DNA of 64,000 bases from Alphaproteobacteria bacterium. GTDB lineage: Bacteria; Pseudomonadota; Alphaproteobacteria; Bin95. The translations under genes and the position numbers were made by a program. The stretch covers positions 2,144,001 through 2,208,000 of the forward strand of contig OZ224045.1 in NCBI GenBank assembly GCA_963665325.3, read 5' to 3'. Within the stretch, counting starts at the first letter, position 1. The number at the start of each line of letters is the position of its first letter. This document shows positions 1 through 12,172 of this stretch, one piece after another. The notes under the pieces are model-generated. The model did no database searches and was not told where the DNA came from. It saw nothing but the letters and a program-made list of their open reading frames with translations.

Positions 1-1325
1 CCGCAGGCGATATTGGCGTGAATGCTGTCGTCGAACAGCGAAACCTCCTGGCTCACCAGCGCGATCTTGTCCCTGAGCGAGGCGAGGGTGACGCCGCGCA
101 GGTCCTGCCCGTCTATGGCCACCCGGCCGGCTTTGACATCGTAGAAGCGCGGAATGAGGTTGAGGATCGTAGTCTTGCCGGCCCCGGAAGCCCCGACCAG
201 GGCCGATGTGCGGCCCGCCGGAAAGGTGAGCGAGAGGCCGGATAGCGCCGCCGGTCCTCCCGAATAGGAGAAAGACACATCCTCGAACGCGATTTCGCCG
301 CGTTCGACGCGGAGCGGCACGGCGTCCGGCGCATCCACGATTTCGGGTTTCCGGTCCAGCAGTTCGAAGCAGCGCTGCGCGCCAACCAGTCCCTGCTGGA
401 TGGCGGCGTTGACGCTGACGAGATGCTTGACCGGCCGGTAGGCGATCAGGAAGGCCGTGAGGAAGGCGACGATGGTGCCCGGCGTTATGTTGCCGGCGGC
501 GACCTGCCCGCCGCCGTAGAAGATGACGGCCGCGATGGCGACAGCGCCCAGGAACTCCATGATCGGACGGGAGATCGCCTGCACGCGCACTGTCTTGATC
601 GTCAGGCGCCGGATGCGATCGATGGCGGTGTCAGCTTCCCTGCGCTCGCGTTCCTCCAACCGGTAGGCCTTGATGTGGCGGATGCCGGTGAGCGTTTGTT
701 CGAGCGTGGCGGTGAACTCGCCCCAGCTCGTCTGCGTGGAGCGCGTGATCCGGCGGATGCGCCGGCCGATGCGCAGGACCAGGATGAGCGTCGTCGGGAA
801 CACGAACAGCACGATCAGGGAAAGCAGCCAGTCCTGGTAGAACAGCACGCCTAGCACGAAGACGATGGTAAGGCTGTCCCTGCCCAGCGTGAGCAGCGTT
901 GTGGACAGCGCCCCGCGCATCAGGTTCACATCGTTGGTGAAGCGCGAGATCAGCGCGCCGGTGCGGCTGTTGTCGAAAAACACCAGGTCCGCGTGGACCA
1001 GATGGCCGAACATCGCGGACTGGAAGGAGGCGACCACGCCCTGACCGACCCTGGCGAGAATGACGGCCGAAAAATAGGCCGAGAAGCCTTGCACCAGGCC
1101 CAGCGCGAAGATCGTCAGGGAAACGAAAACGATCAGCGCTTCGTTTCCTGCGACCAGTACCTCGTCGACCAGCTCCTGCACTACGCGGATGTAGCCGGCC
1201 TGCGCGGCGGCGCTCAGCGCCATCGCCAGCGCGGCCAGGCGGAGCGCCGGCAGGTTGGCGCGGATATGGCCTCGCCAGAGGCGGCCGATCAGCGCGCGGA
1301 CGGGAAGGTCCTGGGGGGAAGCCAT
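1..1325 (-). CDS. MsbA-like ABC exporter (permease + ATPase), 3' end outside window
   Basis: Not in ORF track. Manual translation from ATG 1325: MASPQDLPVRALIGRLW..., TM domain, FFDNSRTGALISRFTND, Walker A GASGAGKTT. Confidence 0.85.
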   Translation of the reverse strand, partial: MASPQDLPVRALIGRLWRGHIRANLPALRLAALAMALSAAAQAGYIRVVQELVDEVLVAGNEALIVFVSLTIFALGLVQGFSAYFSAVILARVGQGVVASFQSAMFGHLVHADLVFFDNSRTGALISRFTNDVNLMRGALSTTLLTLGRDSLTIVFVLGVLFYQDWLLSLIVLFVFPTTLILVLRIGRRIRRITRSTQTSWGEFTATLEQTLTGIRHIKAYRLEERERREADTAIDRIRRLTIKTVRVQAISRPIMEFLGAVAIAAVIFYGGGQVAAGNITPGTIVAFLTAFLIAYRPVKHLVSVNAAIQQGLVGAQRCFELLDRKPEIVDAPDAVPLRVERGEIAFEDVSFSYSGGPAALSGLSLTFPAGRTSALVGASGAGKTTILNLIPRFYDVKAGRVAIDGQDLRGVTLASLRDKIALVSQEVSLFDDSIHANIAC

Positions 1326-1479
1326 AAGGTGCGCTTCATAACACGAGCGGGCGACAGGCGGGAGCGTCGATGCGCGCCCGGACGGGACAGTTGCTTGTCT
1401 CGCGGGAGCAGGCGTAAAGTCGCCGAGGCTGAAGCAGGGTCCGGGGGAACCGGACTTCACATCTGGGAGGATGCCTACC

Positions 1480-2652
1480 ATGAAACGTTCGCTTCTTGTT
1501 GCGACAGCAACGGCAGCGGTCCTGACCGCCGGCGCCGTCCAGGCTGACGAGATCAGGATCGGGGTGCTCTATCCGATCGCCGGAACCGGAGCGGTTTACG
1601 GCGAGCCGGCGATGCACGGCCACAATATGGCCGTGGACGAACTCAATGCCGCGGGCGGCATCCTCGGCAAGAAGATCGTGAGCTTCGCCCGCGACACCAA
1701 GCTGAAGCCGGCCGCCGCCTCGGCTGCCGCCAAGGAGCTGATCACCAAGGACGACGTCAACGTGCTGGTCGGCGGGCTCTCCTCGGCCGTCGGCCTCGCG
1801 ATTTCCGAAGTCGCGCGGCAGGAGGGGGTCGTCTATGTCGCGACGATCCCGAAGACGATCAAGCTCACCACCGAAAAGCGCCACGACCATGTCTTCCGGA
1901 CCGCCTCGCATACGGACTTCGAAGGCGATGCGATGGGCCAGATCGTCGCCAAGCTCGGGCTGAAGAAGATCTGCGACATCCAGCTCGACTACGCCTACGG
2001 CCACGACCTCGCCGCCGGCATCGAGAAAGGGCTGAAGCGCCATGCGCCGGACGCCGAGAAAGTGCTGGACCTGCGCGTCAAGCTCGGCGCGACGGACTAC
2101 AACGCCTTCATTTCCCAGATCATGGGCGCGGGCTGCGACGGCGTGACGAGCGGCCTCTGGGGCTCGCATTTCGTCAACTTCGCCCAGCAGGGCAGCCCGT
2201 TCGGCCTCTTCAACCAGATCAAGTACATCTCGGGCGGCGAGATCGCGAGCCACGAGATCGCCGGCAAGATGAAGGGCGACTATCCGGACAATGTGTGGTC
2301 GAACACCTATGAGCTCTGGTACCACCACCACGATCCGAGCCATGTTGCCTTCCAGGAGGCGTTGGCCGAGCGTTCCGGTACCAAGGAAACGGCCATGTGG
2401 CCGGTGCTCGCCTATATCGGCGTGAAGTTCATCGCGGCCGCCGCCGAGAAGGCCGGCTCGATGGACGCGGATGCGCTTGCCGCCGCGCTGAAGGGCATGA
2501 GCATCAGCACGCCCGTCGGCCCGCGCACCATCGACCCGGAGACCCACCAGGCCGATACCGGCCAGTTCTGGGGCCCGATGGTCAAGAAAGAAGGCGTGGA
2601 CTACCGTGTGATGGACCCGGTGACCCTCATCCCGGCGGTCATCGCAGAATAG
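1480..2652 (+). CDS. Branched-chain amino acid-type ABC substrate-binding protein
   Basis: Signal peptide, IRIGVLYP...ELNAAGGILG; RBS GGGAGG 1465-1470 favours ATG 1480. Confidence 0.9.
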   Translation: MKRSLLVATATAAVLTAGAVQADEIRIGVLYPIAGTGAVYGEPAMHGHNMAVDELNAAGGILGKKIVSFARDTKLKPAAASAAAKELITKDDVNVLVGGLSSAVGLAISEVARQEGVVYVATIPKTIKLTTEKRHDHVFRTASHTDFEGDAMGQIVAKLGLKKICDIQLDYAYGHDLAAGIEKGLKRHAPDAEKVLDLRVKLGATDYNAFISQIMGAGCDGVTSGLWGSHFVNFAQQGSPFGLFNQIKYISGGEIASHEIAGKMKGDYPDNVWSNTYELWYHHHDPSHVAFQEALAERSGTKETAMWPVLAYIGVKFIAAAAEKAGSMDADALAAALKGMSISTPVGPRTIDPETHQADTGQFWGPMVKKEGVDYRVMDPVTLIPAVIAE

Positions 2653-2663
2653 CGGCACTGAAG

Positions 2664-2703
2664 AAGCGCGGCCGGCCCTTCCGCCGGCCGCGCTTTCCCT
2701 TTT
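2664..2703 (+). terminator. Intercistronic hairpin (terminator or mRNA stabiliser) after SBP gene
   Basis: AAGCGCGGCCGGC-ccttcc-GCCGGCCGCGCTT followed by a pyrimidine tract. Confidence 0.55.
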
Positions 2704-2727
2704 CCGACACAGGAACGGAGCCCGTCC

Positions 2728-3672
2728 GTGGACTCCATCATCCAGTTCGTGCAGCAGGATCTGGGCAATCCGGGGCTGGCGGCTCTGCTGTCCAACCCGT
2801 CTTTCGCTTTCATCCAGCTCATGAATTCCTTCTCGCAGGCGATGAACCTGTTCATTATCGCCGCGGGCCTGTCGCTGATCTTCGGCGTCTTGCGCGTCAT
2901 CAACTTCGCGCATGGCGCCTTCTATATGTTCGGCGCCTATATCGTTTATTCCGTTGCCCAGGAATGGACCGGCAATTTCTGGCTGGGCGTCGCCGCCGCC
3001 GGCCTCGGCCTCGCGGTGATGGCGGTCGTGATCGAGCGCGGCCTCTTCCAGTATATCTACGACAAGGAGCATCTCATGCAGTTGCTCCTGACCTTCGCCG
3101 TCGTTCTGATTCTCTCCGACGTCGCGAAGATAATCTGGGGGACCGACCAGTACAGCGTCTCCTATCCGGCGAGCATGAAGGGCGCCGTCGATCTGGGCGT
3201 CACCTCCTATCCGACCTACCGGCTGTTCCTGATCATGGTCGGCCCCGCCATCGCCATCGGGCTCTGGCTGTTTATCGAGCGCACGCGCTTCGGGCGCCTG
3301 ACCCGCGCCGCTACGCAGGACCGCGAAATGCTCTCTGCGCTGGGCGTCAATGTGCCGATCATCTACACCGGCGTCTTCATCTTGGGATCGGTGCTGGCCG
3401 GCATCGGCGGCGGGCTCGCCGCGCCGTTCAACTCGCCGACGCCCGGCATGGATGCGACGATCATTGTCGATTGCTTCGTCATCGTCATCGTCGGCGGCCT
3501 CGGCTCGATCTGGGGCAGCTTCATCGGCGCGATCATCTATGGGCTGGTCTTCAATTACGGCTCGGTGATCGTGCCCAACTGGCAGGACGTCTTCCCGTTC
3601 CTGATCCTGCTGGCGGTGCTGCTGGTCCGGCCGTGGGGCCTCTTCGGCAAGCCCGAGGGGGGGAACGCCTGA
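2728..3672 (+). CDS. LivH-type ABC permease
   Basis: GLSLIFGVLRVINFAHGAFYM motif. Confidence 0.9.
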   Translation: MDSIIQFVQQDLGNPGLAALLSNPSFAFIQLMNSFSQAMNLFIIAAGLSLIFGVLRVINFAHGAFYMFGAYIVYSVAQEWTGNFWLGVAAAGLGLAVMAVVIERGLFQYIYDKEHLMQLLLTFAVVLILSDVAKIIWGTDQYSVSYPASMKGAVDLGVTSYPTYRLFLIMVGPAIAIGLWLFIERTRFGRLTRAATQDREMLSALGVNVPIIYTGVFILGSVLAGIGGGLAAPFNSPTPGMDATIIVDCFVIVIVGGLGSIWGSFIGAIIYGLVFNYGSVIVPNWQDVFPFLILLAVLLVRPWGLFGKPEGGNA

Positions 3673-3673
3673 A

Positions 3674-4615
3674 ATGACCGGCCCGATGACCCGTCCGGTC
3701 CTGGCCGCCTGCGCGGTCGTGCTGGTCCTGCTCGCACTGGTACCGGTGCTGGAATCGAACTACCTGATAGACCTCTTCAACGAGATCATGATCTACGCGC
3801 TTTTCGCGCTCAGCCTGAATGTCATTATCGGCTATTCGGGCAATGTCTCCTTCGGGCATGCCGCCTATTTCGCCATCGGCGGTTACACCATGGCGATCCT
3901 GCTCACGACTTACCAGTGGCCGCTGCTGCCTGCTTTCGCGGCTTCGGTTGCGTTCTCGTTCGTTGCCTCCGGCGTGGTCGCCTATTTCTGCACGCGGCTG
4001 ACCGACATCTATTTCGCCATGCTGACGCTCGCCTTCTCCATGCTGGTCTGGGGCGTCGCCTTCAAATGGCGGTCGATGACCGGCGGCGACGACGGTTTCG
4101 TCGGCGTGGATGTGCCGGCCTTCATCGCCGAGCGGGTGCCGTTCTACTATTTCTCGTTGGTCGTGATCGCGATAGCGGTGGCGGTGCTCTGGGTCATCTG
4201 CCATTCCGCTTTCGGGCGTGCCCTGCTGGCGGTGCGCGAGAACCCGGTTCGCGCGGGCTTCGTCGGTATCAACACACGGCTGATGCGCTGGTGGGCGTTC
4301 GTCGTGGCGGGCACGTTCGCCGGAATAGCGGGCTCGCTGTTCGCCATGGTACATCGCGGCATGTACACGGAGTCGGCGTTCTGGCCCGAGAGTGCGACCG
4401 TGCTCATCATGACCCTGCTGGGTGGCATGTACTCCTTCTTCGGCCCGGCGATCGGGGCCGCGAGCCTGTTCCTGCTGGAGCGGTTGACCAACGAATACAC
4501 TGAATACTGGCCGCTGGTGCTTGGCACGATCCTGCTGGTGATCCTGATGTTCCTGCCCGAGGGGCTGGCGGGGTTGGCGCAGGCGGTCCGCCGCCAGCTC
4601 CAGCGGGAGCGCTGA
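3674..4615 (+). CDS. LivM-type ABC permease
   Basis: SFGHAAYFAIGGY, TGGDDG motifs. Confidence 0.9.
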   Translation: MTGPMTRPVLAACAVVLVLLALVPVLESNYLIDLFNEIMIYALFALSLNVIIGYSGNVSFGHAAYFAIGGYTMAILLTTYQWPLLPAFAASVAFSFVASGVVAYFCTRLTDIYFAMLTLAFSMLVWGVAFKWRSMTGGDDGFVGVDVPAFIAERVPFYYFSLVVIAIAVAVLWVICHSAFGRALLAVRENPVRAGFVGINTRLMRWWAFVVAGTFAGIAGSLFAMVHRGMYTESAFWPESATVLIMTLLGGMYSFFGPAIGAASLFLLERLTNEYTEYWPLVLGTILLVILMFLPEGLAGLAQAVRRQLQRER

Positions 4616-4619
4616 GGCC

Positions 4620-5375
4620 ATGCTGAAGATAGACGGCCTCTTCAAGCAGTTCGGCGGCTTCGTGGCCATAAACGATGTCTCCTTCGAGCTCATCGAAGGC
4701 GAGAAGCACGCTATCATCGGACCGAACGGCGCCGGCAAGACGACCTTCTTCAACCTGGTCACGGGCCATTTGCTGCCGGACCGGGGCACTGTCGCTTTCC
4801 AAGGCGACGACATCACCGGCCGGCCGCCGCACCGAATCGTCAAGCTCGGCCTCGCTCGCTCTTTCCAGCGGATCAACATTTATCCGCGCATGTCGGTGTT
4901 CGAGAATGTCCAGGTGGCGCTTATCGCCCGGGAGCGGCGCGAGTTCCGCTTCTTCACGCTCGCCGCGGGACTCTGCGGCCCCGAAACGCGCGCGCTGCTG
5001 GAGCTTGTCAGCCTCGCCGACGAGGCGGAGGAGCTCGCCGGCGAACTCGCCTATGGCAAACAGAAGCAGTTGGAACTTGCCATCGCCCTGGCGGAAAACC
5101 CCCGGGTGCTGCTGCTCGATGAGCCGACCGCCGGCATGTCGCCGAGCGAGACCGAGGAAGCGATCCGGCTGATCCGTGAGATTGCCGACGCGCGTGGCCT
5201 GACGCTGCTGTTCACCGAGCACGACATGACGGTGGTGTTCGGCATCGCCGACCGGATCACGGTTCTGCACCACGGTGAGGTCATCGCGTCGGGAGCGCCG
5301 GAGGCCGTGCGCAGCGATCCGATGGTGCGCCAAGTCTATCTCGGCGACGAGGAGGTGGGGAATGGCGCAGCTTGA
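4620..5375 (+). CDS. LivG-type ABC ATP-binding protein
   Basis: GPNGAGKTT, LLLDEPTAG, EHDM. Confidence 0.92.
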   Translation: MLKIDGLFKQFGGFVAINDVSFELIEGEKHAIIGPNGAGKTTFFNLVTGHLLPDRGTVAFQGDDITGRPPHRIVKLGLARSFQRINIYPRMSVFENVQVALIARERREFRFFTLAAGLCGPETRALLELVSLADEAEELAGELAYGKQKQLELAIALAENPRVLLLDEPTAGMSPSETEEAIRLIREIADARGLTLLFTEHDMTVVFGIADRITVLHHGEVIASGAPEAVRSDPMVRQVYLGDEEVGNGAA

Positions 5376-6069
5376 AGCCAGGAACCTGCACACCTCCTAT
5401 GGGCTCTCACGAGTGCTGTTCGGTGTCTCCTTCGAGGTCGAGCAGGGCTCCTGCATCGCCCTGATCGGGCGCAATGGAGTCGGCAAGACCACCACCATGC
5501 GCTCGCTTATCGGCCTGACGCCGCCCTCCGAAGGCGAGGTGGTCTGGGAAGGCCGCCAGATCTCCGGGTTCGCCCCGCATACCGTTGCCAAGCTGGGCAT
5601 CGGCTTCGTGCCCGAGGACCGGCGCATTTTCCCGGAGCTTACCGTGTGGGAGAACCTCGACATTGCGCGCCGGCCTGCAGAGCCGGGGCGGCAGGCCTGG
5701 GGCGAGGACGAAGTGTTCGACCTGTTCCCCGATCTCAGGGATATCCAGTCGCGGGCGGGCGGCGTGCTTTCGGGCGGCCAGCAGCAGATGCTCACCATCG
5801 CCCGCTCGCTGATGGGTAATCCGCGGCTGCTGCTGCTCGACGAGCCGTCGGAGGGTCTGGCCCCGCGCGTCGTGGAGACGCTCCGCGAGCGCGTGCGGAC
5901 GCTCAAGGAAAGCGGCCTTTCGATCATTCTGGCGGAACAGAATCTCGGTTTCGTGCTGGCGCTTTCGGACATGTGCCATATCATGGAGAAGGGCGAGATC
6001 GTTTATTCCGGCACGCCCGGCCATCTGCGCGAGAACCGCGATGTGCTCGACAGGCATCTGACGCTTTGA
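5362..6069 (+). CDS. LivF-type ABC ATP-binding protein
   Basis: GRNGVGKTT, LSGGQQQ, LLDEPSEGL; start moved to ATG 5362 behind GGAGG. Confidence 0.92.
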   Translation: MAQLEARNLHTSYGLSRVLFGVSFEVEQGSCIALIGRNGVGKTTTMRSLIGLTPPSEGEVVWEGRQISGFAPHTVAKLGIGFVPEDRRIFPELTVWENLDIARRPAEPGRQAWGEDEVFDLFPDLRDIQSRAGGVLSGGQQQMLTIARSLMGNPRLLLLDEPSEGLAPRVVETLRERVRTLKESGLSIILAEQNLGFVLALSDMCHIMEKGEIVYSGTPGHLRENRDVLDRHLTL

Positions 6070-6860
6070 AGGAAGCGGAAGTTTTTCGCGACGAGGGCGT
6101 CGCCGTTTTGCGCGGCGTGCTCGACGCTGCATGGCTCGACCGGTTGGCCGAGGCGGTGGCCGCCAACATGGCATCGCCGGGGCCCTACGGACGCGACCAT
6201 GCCGAGCCGGGGCAGGGCAGCTATTTCGGCGACTATGTGAATTGGCATCGCTTCCCGGCCTATCTGGAGGTCGGGCGCGAGGGGCCGCTCGGTCGCCTCG
6301 CCGCGGCGCTCACCGGGGCCGAGCGGGTGCAGTTCTTCCACGAGCATGTGCTGGTGAAGGAGCCGGGGACCTCGCAGCCGACGCCCTGGCACCAGGACAT
6401 GCCCTATTACTGCATGTCCGGCGCGATGACGGTGAGCTTCTGGGTGCCGCTCGACCCGGTCCGCGCGGAAGTCTGCCCGCATTTCCTGGCCGGCAGCCAC
6501 CGCTCGCGCACCGCCTGGCTGCCGCGCCGCTTCAAGACCATGGCGGCGCTGGAGGGCGACACGAGCGAATACGAGCCATTCCCCGACATCGACGAGGCGG
6601 CGCAGGCAGAGGACATCCGCAGCTTCGACCTGGAGCCGGGCGACATTGTGGCGTTCGACTTCCACACCCTGCACAACGCCCCGCCCAACCGCGCGGCCAC
6701 GCGCCGCCGGGCGGTCAGCCTGCGCTATGTCGGCGAGGACGCTCGCTATCTCGACCGCCCCCACGCCGTCTCGCCGCCCTTCCCCGACCTCGGCCTTTGC
6801 GCCGCGCCGGGCGAACCGCTGCCGGACGACTGGTTTCCCGTGGTCTGGGAGCAGGGCTGA
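6066..6860 (+). CDS. PhyH-family Fe(II)/2OG dioxygenase
   Basis: TPWHQD, distal H in TLHNA, RRAVSLRY; probable TTG start overlapping the upstream stop. Confidence 0.85.
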   Translation: MKEAEVFRDEGVAVLRGVLDAAWLDRLAEAVAANMASPGPYGRDHAEPGQGSYFGDYVNWHRFPAYLEVGREGPLGRLAAALTGAERVQFFHEHVLVKEPGTSQPTPWHQDMPYYCMSGAMTVSFWVPLDPVRAEVCPHFLAGSHRSRTAWLPRRFKTMAALEGDTSEYEPFPDIDEAAQAEDIRSFDLEPGDIVAFDFHTLHNAPPNRAATRRRAVSLRYVGEDARYLDRPHAVSPPFPDLGLCAAPGEPLPDDWFPVVWEQG

Positions 6861-6899
6861 GAAAAGTCCGCATCCGCACAGGACCTCGGGAGGCGAGCG

Positions 6900-7856
6900 A
6901 TGACCAGGCTGATTTCGGAGGAGAGCAGGGGCGTCTTCGTCATCATGGCGACCCCGTTCGCCGATGACGGAGCGCTCGACCTGCGAAGCGCGGACCGGCT
7001 GGTCGAGTTCTGCCTGGAGGAAGGCGTTTACGGGTTCACGCTGCTTGGCGTCATGGGCGAAGCGCCGAAACTCTCGCTTGAGGAGCAGGCCGAGTTCACG
7101 GACCATGTCCTGAAGCGCATTGACGGCCGGGTTCCGGTGATCGTCGGGGTGAGCAATCCCGGGATGGACAATCTGGTGGCGTTGTCGAAGAACGCGATGG
7201 ACCGGGGCGCGGGCGGTGTGATGGTCGCCGGCATGCCGGGGCTGAAGACCGATGAGCAGGTGGAGACCTACTTCCAGGCCGTCGGGGACCGGCTCGGCGA
7301 AGAGATTCCGGTCTGCCTGCAGGACTACCCGCCGACCACCACGGTGTTCATCTCGGTCCCCGTGGTGAACAGGCTGATCGCGAAGCTGCCCCAGCTAAAG
7401 ATGTTCAAGCATGAGGACTGCCCCGGCCATCGCAAGCTGACCCGCCTGAGGGAAGCGCCGGCAACCGACGGCGTGCGGCGGGTGAGCATCCTGACCGGCA
7501 ATAACGGCCTCTATGTGCCGCAGGAGCTTGCGCGGGGCGCCGACGGCATCATGACCGGCTTCGCTTTTACGGGCATGCTGGTCGAGGTCTATCGCCTGTT
7601 CGAGAGCGGCAGGGCGGAGGAAGCGGAGGACCTGTTCGACCTCTATCTGCCGGTGTTGAGGCACGAGGCGCAGTTCGGGGTCGGGTTGGCGCTCCGCAAG
7701 GAGGTGCTGCGCCGACGGGGCGCCATAGCATCCGCCAGAGCCCGCGACCCGGGCCCGAGCATGAACGCGAGGGACCACGCCGAACTGGACGGCCTGCTCG
7801 AACGTCTCAAGGCAAAGCTGGCCGCCGCAGGCCGCCCGCTCCCCGCCGGCATTTAG
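6900..7856 (+). CDS. Dihydrodipicolinate synthase/NAL-family aldolase or dehydratase
   Basis: ATPF, LGVMGE, QDYP, Schiff-base Lys candidate in FKHED. Confidence 0.85.
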   Translation: MTRLISEESRGVFVIMATPFADDGALDLRSADRLVEFCLEEGVYGFTLLGVMGEAPKLSLEEQAEFTDHVLKRIDGRVPVIVGVSNPGMDNLVALSKNAMDRGAGGVMVAGMPGLKTDEQVETYFQAVGDRLGEEIPVCLQDYPPTTTVFISVPVVNRLIAKLPQLKMFKHEDCPGHRKLTRLREAPATDGVRRVSILTGNNGLYVPQELARGADGIMTGFAFTGMLVEVYRLFESGRAEEAEDLFDLYLPVLRHEAQFGVGLALRKEVLRRRGAIASARARDPGPSMNARDHAELDGLLERLKAKLAAAGRPLPAGI

Positions 7857-7928
7857 GCCGAGAGTATCGGCGCGGAAAAGTCCGAATCCGGGTGGACGGG
7901 CGGCAGCCGGGGCAGTAGGCCGGCAAGC

Positions 7929-8630
7929 ATGAGCGATGCAATCGACAGGCTGGATTGGCCGGCGTTGGGGGCGGACCTGTTGGAACGGGGCCATGCGCAG
8001 GCGGAGGACGTGCTTTCCCGGGATGCGTGCACGGCGTTGCGGGCCTGCTGGGAGCGGGACGAACTGTTCCGCCGGCGCATCGTCATGGCGCGGCATGGCT
8101 ATGGGGAAGGCGCCTACGCCTATTTCGCCGACCCGCTGCCGGAGGCGGTGCAGGCGCTGAGGGAGGGGCTCTACCGGCATCTCGCGCCGCTCGCCAACGA
8201 GGCCATGACCCGGCTCGGCAGGGCGGCGCGCTATCCGGCCGACCACGCGGCCTACCGGGCCGAGTGCCATGCGGCGGGACAGACCAAGCCGACGCCCCTG
8301 CTGCTGCGCTACGCGGAAGGGGGCTACAATCGCCTGCACCGCGACCTTTACGGCGAGCTCGCCTTCCCGTTCCAGGCGACCTTCCTGCTGTCGGAACCCG
8401 GTCTCGACTATACCGGCGGCGAGTTCCTGCTGGTCGAGAACAGGATGCGGATGCAGGCCAGGGGTGAGGCCGTGCCTCTGGAGCGGGGCGATATGGTCAT
8501 CTTTCCCGTGCGCGACCGGCCGGTGGCAGGCAAGCGCGGCCATGTCCGGGCGGAGATGCGCCACGGCGTTTCCCGGGTCCGTTCGGGCGAACGCTTCACG
8601 CTCGGCATCATCTTCCACGACGCCGCCTAA
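7929..8630 (+). CDS. 2OG-Fe(II) oxygenase (DUF2086-like)
   Basis: HGYGEGAYAYF, LHRDLYGE, RHGVS, RFTLGIIFHDA. Confidence 0.88.
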   Translation: MSDAIDRLDWPALGADLLERGHAQAEDVLSRDACTALRACWERDELFRRRIVMARHGYGEGAYAYFADPLPEAVQALREGLYRHLAPLANEAMTRLGRAARYPADHAAYRAECHAAGQTKPTPLLLRYAEGGYNRLHRDLYGELAFPFQATFLLSEPGLDYTGGEFLLVENRMRMQARGEAVPLERGDMVIFPVRDRPVAGKRGHVRAEMRHGVSRVRSGERFTLGIIFHDAA

Positions 8631-8649
8631 CCTGGAATTCTCACCGATG

Positions 8650-9579
8650 TCATGGCTGCCGTTGCACGGGGCTGACCGTATCCGGCACGATTCCAGCGAT
8701 GATGTTCGCCAGGTTCTCGACCAGAGTCATGCGAGGATAGCCTTTCCGGTGCACCAGCCGGATCGTCCGCCCGGCAGTTCCGCTTCGTTCGCGGCGGATG
8801 GCGATGCCGGCATCCGCAGCCCAGCCGCCCGCCAGGCTCATGGCAGGGACCAGCGTAATGCCGTCGCCCGAGCCGACGAGCGCCAGGATCGTGGGCAGGC
8901 TCGTCTTCTGCGTCCTGGGACCGGACATGTCGAAGGGGCGTGACCGGTCCAGCTTGCACGCTTCGAAGACCTGGTCTCTCAGGCAATGGCCGTCGGATAG
9001 CAGCAGCAGTTCCTCCGGCTCGATCTGCTCGATATCGACAGTATCGTGGCGGCTCAACGGGTGCTCCTCGGGAACCGCCACCCAGAATGGCTCGTCATAA
9101 AGGACGACTTCCGAGAGGTTCGCGCGGGTCGGGGTCGTGGCGAGGATGGCAAGGTCGAGGCGGCCATCGGCCAGCTGCTGTTCCAGGTGGTCGGTGAAGT
9201 CCTCGATCAACTCCAGGCCCACCTCCGGCAGGCGGTGCTTCATGGCCGGCAACAACAACGGCGTCAGATACGGGCAGACCGTCGGAGGCATGCCAATCGT
9301 GCAGTCGCCGACGAGCGGGTCCTTGTGGGCCGCCGCGATCTTCTCCAGTTCCTCCACCTCGCGCAGAATTTCCCGGGCGCGTTCCACGATCCGGTCGCCG
9401 ATCGCCGTCACTCGCACATATCGCTTGGTACGCTCGAACACCTTCACGCCGAGTCGTTCCTCGAGCTTGCGCAACTGGCCGCTCAGGGCGGGCTGGCTGG
9501 CGTTGCAACGCTCCGCCGCCCGGCCGAAATGCAACTCCTCGGCGACAGCGACCAGATACTCGAGATCGCGGGTGTTCAT
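8650..9579 (-). CDS. oxyR: H2O2-sensing LysR regulator OxyR
   Basis: LysR HTH; GHCLRDQVFEAC keeps both redox cysteines; divergent from katG. Confidence 0.92.
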   Translation of the reverse strand: MNTRDLEYLVAVAEELHFGRAAERCNASQPALSGQLRKLEERLGVKVFERTKRYVRVTAIGDRIVERAREILREVEELEKIAAAHKDPLVGDCTIGMPPTVCPYLTPLLLPAMKHRLPEVGLELIEDFTDHLEQQLADGRLDLAILATTPTRANLSEVVLYDEPFWVAVPEEHPLSRHDTVDIEQIEPEELLLLSDGHCLRDQVFEACKLDRSRPFDMSGPRTQKTSLPTILALVGSGDGITLVPAMSLAGGWAADAGIAIRRERSGTAGRTIRLVHRKGYPRMTLVENLANIIAGIVPDTVSPVQRQP

Positions 9580-9621
9580 GACGGTATTTCCTCCGATCCA
9601 TGCCGGGCGTCAGCTTACATT

Positions 9622-9676
9622 TCTAATCGGAATTATCGATAAAAACAATGTTTATCGCTTATTTGACTTATTTCAG
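9622..9676. promoter_or_regulatory. Probable OxyR operator in the divergent oxyR/katG promoter
   Basis: AT-rich patch with ATCG-N7-CGAT (9626-9640) and dyad CGATAAA...TTTATCG, resembling ATAG-N7-CTAT. Confidence 0.6.
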
Positions 9677-9801
9677 ATGCCGGAATATCTTTTGCTCCCG
9701 AGCCCTGCCGCGAGCTGCTGCGTCGGGGTCATAACGGGTTGGCCGAGAGGGAGGCGCAGCCTCTTCCGGCGTTCCGAACGGCACGGATGACGAGACGATG
9801 A

Positions 9802-12024
<2,223 letters not shown>

Positions 12025-12043
12025 CCTTCGCGAAGGTCCACGT

Positions 12044-12078
12044 AAGGGGCCCCCGGGCAATCCGCCCGGGGGCCTTTT
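12044..12078 (+). terminator. Rho-independent terminator of katG
   Basis: 11-bp stem GGCCCCCGGGC/GCCCGGGGGCC followed by TTTT. Confidence 0.8.
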
Positions 12079-12172
12079 GCTTGGGAAGGACAATCGTGCG
12101 GGGAGGCGCTACAGGCCGCGACAACAGCAATGAACACGCGTTAGACTGGTGAAGGACAGGAGGGTTCGAACG

